Assembly (NCBI GenBank): GCA_002269645.1
Contig: NIVC01002434.1
Location: forward strand, 110,080-174,079
Direction: 5' to 3'
Origin: Macrostomum lignano
Taxonomy: Eukaryota
DNA: 64,000 nt
The position numbers were made by a program, and so were the translations under genes. Each line of letters opens with the position of its first letter. Position 1 is the stretch's first letter. Positions 43,154 through 56,820 of the stretch are shown in pieces. The notes beneath the pieces were generated by a model. The model did no database searches and was not told where the DNA came from. It saw nothing but the letters and a program-made list of their open reading frames with translations.

Positions 43154-44912
43154 CTACCTGCTGGTAGTGGTCGCTGATTCTGTCGAGGTGAGCCAGTCCG
43201 GTCACCTTCTCGGCTGCCTCCTTGAATGTGTCGATCAACTCGCGCAGAGTGACGGTAGCACCGATCTCCAGACCCGACTTGCTCAGCTGAACCCAATGCG
43301 AAGTGTTACTTAGCTTGCACTTTGAGCGTACAGTCCATCTGATAAACTCTTGCTGTAACATCTACTACTCACCCTGATGTTGTGCAGCTCTGGAACGTTG
43401 CGAACGTTGATGTAGCAGTTGACGAGCACGTCTTCCTTGAACACTCCGGCAGAAGTGTTTCCGCACACGAGCTGGTACTCATCGTCCTTGTACCGCTTGA
43501 GCAGCTTGAGCAGTTGGTCTAAGCTTCCAGGATTGTAGAAGCGCTGTCCCTTCCAGCCGCGAGCGATTGGGATCACACCGGATGTAGGTGGCTTCGCGAT
43601 GCCTTCAGCGCACAGGCTCTTGTTCATTTCCTGAGCAATGGAGTTGATGTTGTATGTGTAAAGGGGTTGAATGGGATGTTGAAAGGGACTAATGATTGTG
43701 CGCCCGACAACATGCATGTAGGTGTAAACCTCAGACTCACCTCGATGTCCACGCAATCACCGTTGTTCGAGTCGCACGCGAACGACTTCATGCCGTCGAG
43801 AATGGACCGATAGCCTGTGCAGCGACAAATGTTTCCATCGAAGAAGTGCTCGACCTGCTGCATCGTCGGCTTCGGGTTCTCCTGCAGCTGGCTGTACATG
43901 CTCATGACGAATCCGGGAGAGCAGAAGCCGCACTGGGTTCCATAGTGCTCGGCGAGTCTCTCTTGGATCGGGTGGTACGGCTTGCCGCTGCCTCCGATGC
44001 CCTCGATGGTGGTGACATGCCAGCCTACTGCCGAGTACACCGGACACAGGCACTGCAAACGATCACACGAGTCGCGTCATGACCCCAGAGCTGACGTATT
44101 CAACTTCATCCTTAGTAGGTCGTAATCACGAAGCAAAAGGTGACTCACCGAGTTGACAGGCACTGACACGACCTCTTCTGTAGCCGGGTGCTTGTAGGTG
44201 GCCGTGACAACGCAGCATCCGCACCCGCCTTCTCTACACATAACTTTGGTGCCCTTGAGGTTGAGCACATCGCGAAGGAAGTCGTTCAGGCTGGTCTCAG
44301 GGTTGCAGTCTCTGGGAACTACATTAAACGTTTGGGAAGAAATTGATCAAAAGTGCCAATTAATGAAGAAAAGTCAAGAAAGAATGCTTATCTCGCTTAC
44401 TATCGATGGGTTTTCCATTGACCCACACTGCTGGGTCTCTGATGGACGACGAGACGTCACTCATAGTCGGTCGGTTTGCAGATCAATACAATTTCTGTCG
44501 TTTTTTTCTATCGAACGACGGCTCTCCCACAGTCACTTCAGCTACTGTTTTAAATAGCCTACTTCAGCGAGAAAGTGTGCTTAGCTTATTTGGTATTGCT
44601 GCTTTTAGCCAATTAAGGCAAGTCAGATCTTTACTATCTTTTGAAGTACTTGGCAAAGGAAATGGAACGGCTTTTTTAGATTGGAGCCGGTCAGTATGTT
44701 TTCAAACTCTATTGCACGTGCCTCGCTATGTCAGCAGTTTATAGCTTGCTGAATGCTAACACTTGCGTTAGAAATTGATCTCTTAATGATAAGAGAACCG
44801 AAGATAGCTTTGAGATACATGTAGAACTGAGAAGCTCGTGTGTTTTGAACTACATTTCATAGCCACTCTCCTCTGACTGACAACAAGCATTTTGAAACGA
44901 TTTCTTTTAATA

Positions 44913-45839
44913 AACTCAGCAACATTGAAAAGTTTCCACCCTCGCGCCAGCAGTGTATATATAGAGCTTCAAAACTGGTTTTGTCGCCAGACTTGTGCCA
45001 TGGACAAAAAATTGGGTCATAGACGCCAGATAAGTCGAAGGAAACAGTCACATGGAGCAGACAGCAGCAGCTTACAGGAGTCTAAAATCCACGTTCGCAA
45101 ACGATTGCAATGGTTCGCCAAATGACCGACCTGGAACGAGCGCGCGCCATTGGCATGCTTGACGCTCGGATCTGTTGCTCGCCAAATTGGGCGGTCGCAC
45201 ACAGCAATCCGCAAACTGCAGATCAAGTGCAGAGAAACAGGCAACGGGAGCTCGTGTTCCTGGATGCGACTGTGACTGCCGAGTCGTACGCCAACCTTCT
45301 ACAGACGCGCCTGCTGCCCTTCATTGATGCTTCATGTGGTGGTGTGGGGAACAGCGTCCTCCAAGACGACAGCGCCCCACCGCATCGCGCAGCTGCTGTG
45401 GCGCATCTGAAGGAGCTGCTGCACCTGCGATCATTGCGCTGGCCGTCCCGATCACCGGACATGAATCCCATAGAGCACGTTTGGGATTACCTGAAGCACT
45501 CGATTCGGCGCGGCAATCCGCCGCAAAACGTTGCCCAACTGCGCGAATCACCGTCTACGGCATGGCAACAACTACCGCAAAATTTTCTGCGACGCCTGGT
45601 TCTGGGGATGCCCCGGAGAGTAAGTGCTCTGCTGCCCGCACGTGGCTGCTATACGCGTTACTGACCCTGTTCTGGGCAAGTTGTCACCCATGCTCGCGTA
45701 CTTTGTTTCTTCGCTGTTCCTTTGCTTCGTTCGAATCCGGATTATATATTTGTCTATGGCTCAAACCACGAACATCTCCACCCACCAAAACGTTGACCCT
45801 TCGCGCGTTAGGGTGGAATCTTTTCAATGTTGCTGAGTT
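44913..45839 (+). mobile_element. Tc1-family (DD34E) transposon, internally deleted
   Basis: TA-flanked ~28-bp TIRs (aactcagcaacattgaaaag...). ORF 45110-45664 has an HTH start MTDLERARAIGML fused to the catalytic part QDDSAPPH...WPSRSPDMNPIEHVW, with 34 residues between D and E. Confidence 0.88.
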
Positions 45840-46182
45840 TAATTGTCTATGGCCGAAACAGGACTTCCAGTTATTGACCAGCCATTAAGCAAAGGTCATT
45901 ACCGTGATGTAAAATTTCGATCAGTGGCTTACAAGGCCGATAGTGTGTAGCTGATAAATACGTTTCGGCCATAGACCATCCACAGAAAAGCAAATGCTTT
46001 TATTCCTGCATCCATGCCAAAAAAATTGGCTAGACTATAATCTGTTCTTCTGATTTATACCCCTTTTGGCCGCTCCAAATAAATGGCTCCGCCAATAGGA
46101 AAGCAAGAATCATTTATCTGGCCCGAGCCAAATAAACGATCCAAATAAATTAGACGCCCGAATAACGATTTTTTAAATTTTA

Positions 46183-46728
46183 TTTCGTCTATGGTTATAA
46201 TAGACAATTATAGTAGACAACAGAGTATAATGTTGTGAACAAGTAAATAACACAAACTTTCCGTTTAAAGTTAGTCAATGGGTCATAACAAAGCAGCTCA
46301 ATCAAACTAGACAACTACACGATTCGTCTCACCGCACAACTCCACACGCATCTTCTTTGCTAGTGGCTGTCCATTGGCAGGCCCCTCATTCGTGTCTTCA
46401 TGCCACGATCGAAAGACTCCTACCATCCAATTGCACTTCTTCTTTGTAGCTTCTGGCACAACAGACGCAATCATTTCATTGAGTCTTTGCTCATCTTCGT
46501 TGTAGTCGGTTACCGGAGGAGCATTTGACAAGTCATCCAGAAGAGCTTGGACTTCAGCAAGACTAATACGTTCAAAACCGAAGCTCATGTCTTCAATGTC
46601 ACTCATGTTGAAAATAGCTCGAATTTCGCAGTTTTTTTAATTTAAGAGATTTAGTTGAGATTTCTCCCTCTGCAAGCTTCGCTTTTCTTTTTAGTAACTG
46701 TACCAAGCTTTTTTTTCGTCTATGGTTA
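46183..46728 (-). mobile_element. Possible Crypton-like (tyrosine-recombinase element) fragment between 15-bp direct repeats
   Basis: ORF 46307-46606 contains PEATKKKCNWMVGVFRSW, resembling from memory the N-terminal motif of Crypton/DUF3504-associated proteins. tttcgtctatggtta occurs at 46183-46197 and 46714-46728. Confidence 0.45.
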
Positions 46729-46819
46729 GAATGTGGGGGCTTCGCCCCCACACCCCCAGCAAGCAATCTGCCCCCTCATCCTCGCTAGCAGCCAACATAC
46801 CGAACGGGGTATAAATATA

Positions 46820-47739
46820 TAGGATTTTTCGTTTGATTTCATAAAATTGTCATTTGATTTCGTCCATAGAAGTTGGCAGCGCGGCCATAGAGTCTATGGC
46901 AATAAAATGCGCTGTTTTCCGATTGAATTCATAACTTTGCCACTTCATTTCGACTTGACGCGCGGAGTGACTCAAACACTGCCAGAGGGGGCTGGGATAT
47001 CAGTGGGTGAATATCTATGGCAAAACCTCTCATGGAAATGAAAAGCCTATATGAACGTGTCCTCTTCTTGGGCAACAGTCACCTTCCTTGTGTGCCTAAA
47101 AATGGCTGCATACGCGTCCATTGGAAACGTATAAACGCGGCCAATCGTATTCAACTGCGAACTCTGCCACCGTACTCTCCATTTCTTAACGCCGCGGAGC
47201 AGGCACACAGTTGTCTCAAGGCTTCGCTTAAACGCCAGCTAGCAACACCTGAGCTTCAACAGGAACTTAGCTATCCGCCTGATGGCATCAACCTAACGCA
47301 GTGGAGACTCATGGTGCTTTTCCGCTGTGGCTACGTTGCACTAGAGGAAATTTCCGCCGCGAATTGCCTTGCCTGGGAACGACATGTGATGCGGTTTCCG
47401 CCCCTGTGCATCAATGAGCAGCAGATAATGTGAAATTTGTAGCTTGTTGCAGCGAATGAGCATTAACTTTGGCTGACATAACTGATTTCACTGTTGCAAC
47501 TGCCTACTTCCTCATGTGACTTAAATACACAGCTTTCTGTTTTTAACAGTTCTTTCTGTACTGGACAAGCGCATCGACTTTTCTGTTGCCTTTCTACTGG
47601 GTATGTCGAAATGAAGTGGCAAAGTTATGAATTCAATTGGAGAACAGCGCACTTTATTGCCATAGGCTCTTTGGCCGCGCTGCCAACTTCTATGGACGAA
47701 ATCAAATGACAATTTTATGAAATCAAACGAAAAATCCTA
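46820..47739 (+). mobile_element. IS630/Tc1-like element remnant with 135-bp TIRs
   Basis: 46820-46954 and 47605-47739 are near-perfect reverse complements flanked by TA. ORF 47017-47433 has LPPYSPFLNAAEQ and a C-terminal WERHVMRFPPLCINEQQI. Confidence 0.85.
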
Positions 47740-48150
47740 TATTATTTCTGTTTATTTAGTCTATGGTCTGAATTAATGGCAGAGGACTCGTTTCTTGGCC
47801 GAGGCAAAGAAATAAATAAACAGAAATAACTTATACTTCTATACTAAAAATATGCCTAAACACTGATGCTAATAGCGATTTAAAAGTTGAGTACACTTCA
47901 TATATAGTCATTTCTATTAAATTAAAATATTGCATAAAGAATCGAGTCGTCTCCAGGGTTGCAGATTGGTTTATTAAGTGAGTGATTTATTAACTGTCGA
48001 CCTAACAAAGGTTTGATAAAAAATCATTCTTCATAAATATATTAAGCTCGGACCAGGCGTAACATAGTTCAATCAAAGAATATAAACTGTAATCATTATG
48101 ATTTTTTTACTCAAACTGCCCCAAAAATTTACTCAGATAAAGTAGGGCTT

Positions 48151-51100
48151 TTACTTGAACATCTTAAACTGCCTGTCCTTGGCGCCGACCTCGCACAGCT
48201 GGAGCACCCGGGCCGGCGTCAGCGGCAGCTCAAACGTCAGGTTCACGTCCGGCTTTCCCTGCTGCTTCCGGAAGGCCTCAATCGCTCTCTTAATGGCGGT
48301 GACGCAGGTGGCCGCCAGACCGAGCGGCGGCTCCCCGATCGCCTTGGTGCTGAACACGCTGTCGGTGTCTCCCGGCTTCTTCAGCAGGTGGACGCGGAAG
48401 TCGCGCGGCACGTCGGCAGCCTGCGGCGGCTTATAGTTCCAGGTACCGTCGGCCAGGTTTCGCCCGGTGTCGGAGTCGTACACGGTTCTCTCAGTCAGGT
48501 AGTAACCCATGCCGAACACGTAGGCGCCCTCGATCTGGCCAATGTCCACGCCAGGGTTGAGGCTCTTGCCGATGTCCATCATGATGTCGGAGCGCAGGAC
48601 GACGTACTCGCCGGTGAGGATGTCCACCTCCACCTCTGCCGCGCCAACGCCGAGGGTAGAGTAGCGAGCGTGCTTGTTTTCCCGGTTCTGTGAGACGTAT
48701 CTGTGTATTAATGTATGTTTAGGCAAAAATAGATGCTCAGGTAATATTGTTGTCTTAAACACGAGCCACTGTTTCATTCTGCCTAACTGAGTTTGCAAGG
48801 TATTTTCTTTTTAAGAACCAAAGTTAACAACTCTTTTCAAAGTTAACCAACTTCAAGTGATTTAAACCTGTAAACTTGTGAAATTTCGTGCGCGAGGTGC
48901 AAACAAAGTTATATTCAGTTCAAGTGGCACCTGTTTAGGATCCACCCCATGTACTATAAACGATATTTAAGTGTTATAGTACGCTCGTACATTGAAAAAA
49001 TTTCTTAACTGAAGTTTCTTACGTTCCAAACGCCTTGAGCAAGACTCCCGACATAATAGCGGTCATTACTAGCTCATTCCAACCGGCATCTGGCTTATTC
49101 TCTTTGATTGGCAGCAAGCGCTCTCTGATTTGCTCGGCAGCAACCTTCGCGGCCATTGCGTTGAGCTCGCTGGTAGCGCTGCCACCAGTTCCGTCCATCT
49201 GCGGCAGCAGCATGCTATCTGTCGGTTTGGTCTTCACCATGTCGAGCGTAGCGCCAAACTCGGCCAGTTGAGCTACAGCCGCTTGAGCAACTTTCGTAGT
49301 CAGACCCTGGCCCATCTCTGAACCGCTGTGCACAATAGAGATGCTGCCGTCTATGTGCACTGTCATGTCCACTTCCGATGGGCCAAATCTGGCGTAGCTG
49401 ATGTGGTACGAGATTGCAGACATGTCGAGTCCTCTCTTCTTGTAGTGGTTTTCCTAAAAGTATGATATAGGTTACCGAGTATTCATTTTTCATTTTTAAT
49501 TTTTTATTCAGAAATATGACTTTGCAAAGTCGAAAGAATTAATATCATTGGTAACAATCACACCTTATTGAACTTCTCGATTGCACTTCGACGCTTCTCA
49601 ATATCGGCCTCTTTGTAAAGGTCGTCCCACATCCGCCCCAGGTTATTGTCAGCTCGCTCCATTCCGTGCTGGTCGACCTATAGTGATTGTTCGCGTGTAT
49701 TTTTTACTGACTAAACGTCATATTATTGTTTTGAAGCGAGCATCAAAATTACAAACCTGGCCAGCACGATAAAGATTCTTCCTTTTAAACTCAATCGGGT
49801 CCACCCTGAGCTCATGGGCCATATGGTCCATCATGAGCAGATTAAGCATAGCGGCTGGAGCGGATCCGGGCGCCCTGACGGCAGTAGCCTGCGGCTTGTT
49901 TGACTTCATGTAGGTTAGGTCCCGTTTAAATGTGTCAGCGTGATACGCCTGGTCCAGCGAATCGTCCATCTCGCGGCCAATCAGCGTGATGAAGTTGCAC
50001 GCGTATCCAGCTTCAACAGCCGAGTCCCAGTGAACGCTTCGGAGAAAGCCATCAGTGTCAGCTCCGGCCTTGTACTTAGCAACAATGGTCGGTCGCTTCT
50101 GTCCGCTGAGTGCAAAGGTGTCCAGGCGTAGGTACATCCGGCAGGGACGATGCGTGATGTCGCATGCAATCGCGCACACCGCAATCACGTGATCTACCTG
50201 CAATTCGGCCCCGAATTTCAGAGATGCTCAGAGAGAGATAGGGGCGTAGCGTGGAGCTTAGCTGGCCCTTTTAGGCTTGTAAATCGTGGTACCGGCGCTT
50301 AGCTTACGTCAAGCGGCCTCCCCCCAAAAAATGGGGCCCAAATATACGTGAAAAAACTTGCACCCACAATTAACCCTGTGACTACTTGCTTAGGCCCGAT
50401 TAAAAAACAACTGCATAGTAACTAGTGAATCTACCAGTTACCAGCTACCAGTTACCAGCTACCAGCTACCAGCTACCAGTTAGCAGCTACCAGCTACCAG
50501 CTACCGGCTATCAGCTACCAGTTAGCAGCTACCAGTTACCAGCTACCGGCTACCATCTACCGGCTACCATCTACCGGCTACCAGCTACCAGCTACCAGCT
50601 ACCGGCTATCAGCTACCAGTTAGCAGCTACCAGTTACCAGCTACCAGCTACCGGCTACCAGCTACCGGCTACCAGCTACCAGCTACATTGTACCAGTGAT
50701 TACTTATCAGTCTGAGAAAAGCCAGTCCCCTAGACGTGTTCTGATTGGTCGAGAAACCCTTTAAACAGCCGTCAAAACTAAACGGATTTGGTAGACTTTG
50801 ATTTGCTTCCTTGATAGATTCACAAAAATTCCAAATAAAGAAGGTTGCGGCCTACTTGTTATTTATGAAATCGGATTTTGAAGGACTGGTAAAAATCAGT
50901 AGTAGCTCCATCTATTTGATGCAAGATTATGAATGCAGCAACTACTTGACAGTTGACACTGCTGAATATACGTCTGTAAGACGGTATTTCTGAAGTCACA
51001 TGAGTCACATGAGAAGAGAGAGAGATGAAGAACCCATGAGTAGGCACTAAGTGAAGAATTTTGAGGCTTGTTATGTTAAATCTCTTATCTATCTTAAGAC

Positions 51101-54100
51101 TGCCTATCAGATTCAAATAGGATTCGACATTCTGATTGATGTATTGTTTCATTACCATAAACATTTTTCCACCAAATCCGCCGCCGATTCGCGGACTAAT
51201 TGCCCGGATTTGATTCCTAGGCCTGCGAAGCACCTTAGAGAGCATCACGGTGACGCCCTCGATCCACTGGTGCGGCGCCTGAACTAGGAAGCCCTCCTCC
51301 GTGCGGCGCACGCTGGCGGTCAGCGACTCGATGAAGAAGTGAATCTGCTCGCCGACCGTCACTTCGCCTTCAACGCGAACTGGCTGCTTGGCCAGGGTGG
51401 CATCGGCGTCCTCCTTGGAAGCCCGCTGAGCATCCTTGAAGTGGATCGATTTCTTAGCCAAAGCCTCCGTGATGTGCACAATTGGCTCCTCGTCTCCGGC
51501 GTCGAATTTCACGTCGACAAGACTGGCTGCTCGGTCGGCGGCCCACTGGGTCTCGGCGAGGACCACGGACACGGGCTGGCCAGCGAAGCCGACAAGCTTA
51601 GATGGAAAGATCTCGTCCGTCTGCCTAAAAGTTGTCGCGACTTTCTTAGTCATTTCTTAGATCATCTGCACTTTTTCTCTGTTTACTCAGTTTTCTCTCC
51701 CTCTGTCTAGTTCAATCTTGTTATTCTTATCTCTCTCTCCCTTGCTGCCTTCTGATTGGCTCTTCAATATCGTCTCTTTCCTTAGTCGCGCACTCCACCC
51801 CTTCTTGTTTTATATTGCACTCAACCCCCCCCCGCCCGACTTTATTGCCATATATAACGTTATACCCGTTGCGGCCCTGAGCCCCTCTGTCTGTCTCTCT
51901 GTTTTGTTTTCAACTCTAATTGAATACTCTTAGTTTATTGATAATTCTTTACAAAAAAGGCAATTCAATTTCGTAGCTCATTGGCCAATCCAAGCGGGCA
52001 AGTAGAAGAGAGAAGATTATGGACTCTTTTGGAAATTTGAGAAGGCAGTTGAACATTAATCCTCATCCACCGACCGTTAATGAATTGCGGTTTTTCATGT
52101 ACATCTCAAAGGCATGACTCTCCGTTTTCATGGCAACGTAACTGACTGTACGAGGCGTTATACAATAACACTTTGCTTTGTGTATGGTTCAAGCATATCG
52201 ATCAGAGAATAAAATTCAATGAACACTTTTCGTGACTCAGTGGACCTTCTCGAAATTATTCGCTGCTTCATCTCAGAGTCTGAAGATTTGTTCTTCACAA
52301 GTTGCTTACCTTAACCGATATGTCTTATTGATTGCTTTGATTTGTAGCGACAGATTGATAATTTATTTCCTGATATCGTTCGTTCAGACGTACGTGTAGA
52401 CTTAATACGACCTACAGAAGATACGCTCGTAATTGTGACGATACAAGGAACTCACATTTCTGGCGGGAAGATTGGCATCGTAGTGTTATTGGTGTACTTT
52501 CCCTCCAAGTCCTTCAAACTTAGCATGCTGTGGTATCCAGGGACTTTCTGAAGTGGTTAACTTTTGCATTAAAGTACATAAGTCTGGTTGACAAGCAAAA
52601 TTCAATATCAAACTATCGCACCTCTGCTTCCTCAGTATCGAAACCAATGACCTTGATGGCGGCCTCGGGAGCCAGAACGTAGGCCAAGAACAGCTCATTC
52701 GCGTGAGCTGGGTAGTCGTTCACGTAGGTGGCCTCGCCGGATGTCTGCGCCTTGGACTCGAGCTTCCTGACCGACTGGCCCAGCGGTGCCGGCTGAAGCT
52801 CTTCGACAAAGTCCTGCTCGCCCCTCTGGAGAGGCCGGGTGAGGACGGGACCGCCCGAGCGAGCGGCGCCTTCCACAGCGTCGCTGCCGATGTCCAAGAT
52901 GGTCTTGTAGAGAAGGTTCACGGCCAGCTGTCGACGGTGCTCGGGTGAGGAGGCGGTGGCTTCCTCGACCGGCACCACCTCCGACTCGAGCACCTTCAAT
53001 GCGGCTGAAAAATATTTTCAGATGTGTCGGAGAATGTTTTAACTCTTCACTGTATCAAAACAAAACATAAGTACCTATATGAGCATTGATAATAAAGGCG
53101 ACTCACACTGAACAACTTCTTCATCTAGCAGACTCTTGTTCAGAAGAAAGTTCTCCGTCTTGATGGCATGATTCTGTTGATTTAATTTAAGAGGAAACGT
53201 TTGACTTTCTGAATTTTTGTATTGAATTTAATTTTACAGTGCAACCGCTAGACGCCAAAACGAACTTACAAACTTATCAGATATTCCTCCAATCAGAATG
53301 TTCGGTCGTTCAGTCACTCTATAATTTTGCCTTTTGTCCACGGCAAATTGAAATGCGCCGTTTACGTAGGCATGGGCGTTCTAGAAAAATTTGCATACTC
53401 GCGTTAAAAACTGTATTACTAGCAGTAGGCAAAGAAGCAAAATCTTACTCTTTGACTTTCAAAAAAGGACAGCAATTCAATTCTAGTGCCCTAAGCAGTC
53501 AATAGTAAGCTATCAGTCTTGAGTAGGGGTGTTCGGGTTTCAATTTTTTCTAAGCTCTAACCCCGAACCCCGAACCCGACCTGAAATCCGAACCGACCCC
53601 GAACCCCGAATACCCCTAGTCTTGAGAACTAAAGGCCTACTGGCTGAAAAAAACGATAACGATCAATTCGAAAAACTATAATGGCGAGTTACGACACTTT
53701 TATCTTCACTGTAATCTTAACGCTGAAGCAACGCAGTGTCAACGTTGTAAAGCCACTCTTTAGAACTAAGATCATTCAGTTCTGTAATAGAAACGATTTT
53801 CAGACTACTAAGAATAGCAAAATAACAAAATGCTAAAAATACAACTCACGAGCTGACGCGGCGTGATCTTGAACGACCTGTAGAAGTGCTGGTCCGTTGA
53901 GATCGCCGGCAGCTTGGCCGACACGATCACCTTCCCGCGCATGTCCAGCCTCAGAAAGTCGGTCAGCACGTGATCCTGAGTACCCTGCTCATCCGCCACC
54001 TTGATCACGGTCTTTGCCGCCTCCAGTGTGATGAACACGTCCGACGGAAAGTCCTGGTGTCGGTGCTTCATCATGAGGTTTCCGGCCCACGACGCATTCG

Positions 54101-55630
54101 CGCGAACGGCCTGATTGGCTACCTGCTGGTAGTGGTCGCTGATTCTGTCGAGGTGAGCCAGTCTGGGAACCTTCTCGGCTGCCTCCTTGAATGTGTCGAT
54201 CAACTCGCGCAGAGTGACGGTAGCACCGATCTCCAGACCCGACTTGCTCAGCTGAAAGCAAAGCAAAGATTTATTCAGATTGCGAACATACAATCCAACT
54301 GATAAACTCTTGCTGTAACATCTACCACTCACCCTGATGTTGTGCAGCTCTGGAACGTTGCGAACGTTGATGTAGCAGTTGACGAGCACGTCTTCCTTGA
54401 ACACTCCGGCAGAAGTGTTTCCGCACACGAGCTGGTACTCATCGTCCTTGTACCGCTTGAGCAGCTTGAGCAGTTGGTCTAAGCTTCCAGGATTGTAGAA
54501 GCGCTGTCCCTTCCAGCCGCGAGCGATCGGAATCACACCGGATGTAGGTGGTTTCGCGATGCCTTCAGCGCACAGGCTCTTGTTCATTTCCTGAACAATG
54601 GAGTTGATGTTGTATGTGTAAAGGGGGTTGAATGGGATGTTGAAAGGTACTACTGATTGTGCGCCAGATAACATAGGTGTAAACCTCAGACTCACCTCGA
54701 TGTCCACGCAACCACCGTTGTTCGAGTCGCACGCAAACGACTTCATGCCGTCGAGAATGGACCGATAGCCTGTGCAGCGACAAATGTTTCCGTCGAAGAA
54801 GTGCTCGACCTGCTGCATCGTCGGCTTCGGGTTCTCCTGCAGCTGGCTGTACATGCTCATGACGAATCCGGGAGAGCAGAAGCCGCACTGGGTTCCATAG
54901 TGCTCGGCGAGTCTCTCTTGGATCGGGTGGTACGGCTTGCCGCTGCCTCCGATGCCCTCGATGGTGGTGACGTGCCAGCCTACTGCCGAGTACACCGGAC
55001 ACAAGCACTGCAAACGATCACACGAGTCGCGTCATGACCTCAGAGCTGACGTATTCAACTTCATCCTTAGTAGGTCGTAATCACGAAGCAAAAGGTGACT
55101 CACCGAGTTGACAGGCACTGACACGACCTCTTCTGTAGCCGGGTGCTTGTAGGTGGCCGTGACAACGCAGCATCCGCACCCGCCTTCTCTACACATAACT
55201 TTGGTGCCCTTGAGGTTGAGCACATCGCGAAGGAAGTCGTTCAGGCTGGTCTCAGGGTTGCAGTCTCTGGGAACTATGAATTAAAGTTGGCTCTGTAGCT
55301 AAAGACAGCATGGATTATATTCAATTATCTCAGCCACTCCCCGGATATTATAAACTGAGGTGGATACGTTGACAGGTATTTCATAGTCAGATAGTGTCAT
55401 TACTTTGCGCCTGCTGAGATGAGACCAAGTGACGTCTCGAAAACGTGTCAGACACTCGCACCAATTCGCATGTCCGTAATTATTCTCATCTTTCCATCGC
55501 TAGTAGTGCTTAGGCTTAAGTTTGTTAGAAACAAATAAAACTTTAGTGAAATATACTTACTCTCAAGCGCTTTACCATTCACATGAATGCTTGGCTCCCC
55601 GCTGGATGGAGCTATCCCTCCTGAGTACAT
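48151..55630 (-). CDS. Aldehyde oxidase-like molybdo-flavoenzyme, copy 2 (apparently intact, 14 exons)
   Basis: Starts MYSGGIAPSSGEPSIHVNGK (55630-55561). Further exons ~55273-55104, 55007-54696, 54590-54333, 54251-53850, then nine more to the stop at 48151; junction phases checked by eye. All 2Fe-2S, FAD and Moco motifs present, including catalytic Glu in KAIGEPP. Confidence 0.88.
50432..50690. repeat. 7-bp-based minisatellite (ccagcta / ccagtta / ccggcta)
   Basis: Direct observation. Confidence 0.92.
53524..53618. mobile_element. 95-bp hAT-type MITE
   Basis: TIRs TAGGGGTGTTCGGG / CCCGAATACCCCTA and a perfect 8-bp TSD gtcttgag (53516-53523, 53619-53626); intron 5 of AOX copy 2. Confidence 0.9.
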
Positions 55631-56820
55631 TTCTTTTGAATATGATGTTTTCGAGACTACAGAGCTGAACTATATTCTATTATGGCTAAGGTGAGTTGTA
55701 GCGATTAATTTTGCATTAGTTGCCATTTATATTCTTCAGTATTGTTTAGCGAGGTAGATTTGCTGATACAATTTTTCCAGTGTTATCAGTTTGTATTCAA
55801 ATCCTAGTTAAGGCTGGTTGGTACCTGTGTGGCGGGTAGAGCGTACGTCAGATAAGAACCGCAACGAGCAAGCAAACTTGATTTAGTGAGCTGCACTCGA
55901 AGTCGGATCTCAGTTCGATGCTTTGCTACTAGCCTGCTGCAAGTCAACTCTCGTATCTGATAACCTCCAAGCAAAGTTTCTTTTAGGGTCAATTGGTTGA
56001 ACTGCGGCAGCTCGGCAAGGTTTAATCATACGCTGCTCTGCTTCAATGAGAATTCATAACATTTTATCACAAATTTCTCAATTAGTACAAGTAGATACAT
56101 CTTAACTAAGCGGTAAATCGACGGCTGATATGCGTAAAATCTTCTTTATTTAAATGTTGGCCATGCGAAAGCTAATTCTATCGATTGATATGTAAAATGC
56201 TGGTTTTATTGTTTAATTATTAGCGAACTCAATCATGATTGGTCATAATTTATTACAGAGCAGCACAAACAGCTCGCTTTCGATTAACCACGCAAGTAAA
56301 AAATTAATACTAGCTACGACGAAAAGAATATTTTGCAACAAGATATTGTAGCTCGTAAAAGTCTTACTCATTCTCAGTGATCCTTTGCTGCTACAGAAAC
56401 TACCAGCTACTTCAATAAAAAAATGACGGCCTAGCTTTAGGGGCGCATAGATTTTAGCAAAAAGCGTCAAATAAATAACTACACACAGGGGTAACTACCA
56501 AGAAAGTAATTAATAAAAAGCAGTAGAACAAAAGGATTTAGCAGAAATGACAACATTTTTCAATTCAAAAAATTCAAAATTTAGGGATCGGAAACAACTG
56601 GCACTTTATGCGGCAGCTGATAAGTAAAATTTTAAAAATCTAAATAGAAAACTAATGGCTACATATTATATATACATAGCAAACTTTTTTATTTAGATTC
56701 GCATTTCTAAAGTGGTAGCGCAAAGTTCAAGCCAGAGACACCATAGCGCAATAAACAACAAACTAAAATCGTCCAAACGCTTGATCAGCGTAATCAAACA
56801 CAGAGACTGCCCGATTTCTT

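Noticed and set aside
44760-44820. Alternative upstream ATG (MYLKAIFGSLIIKRSISNA) resembling a mitochondrial presequence for AOX copy 1
   Set aside because: No convincing donor linking it to exon 2; the 44464 exon aligns with the first exons of the other copies (VNGK).
50239-50740. hAT-like left end TAGGGGCGTAGC
   Set aside because: No convincing right TIR or TSD found.
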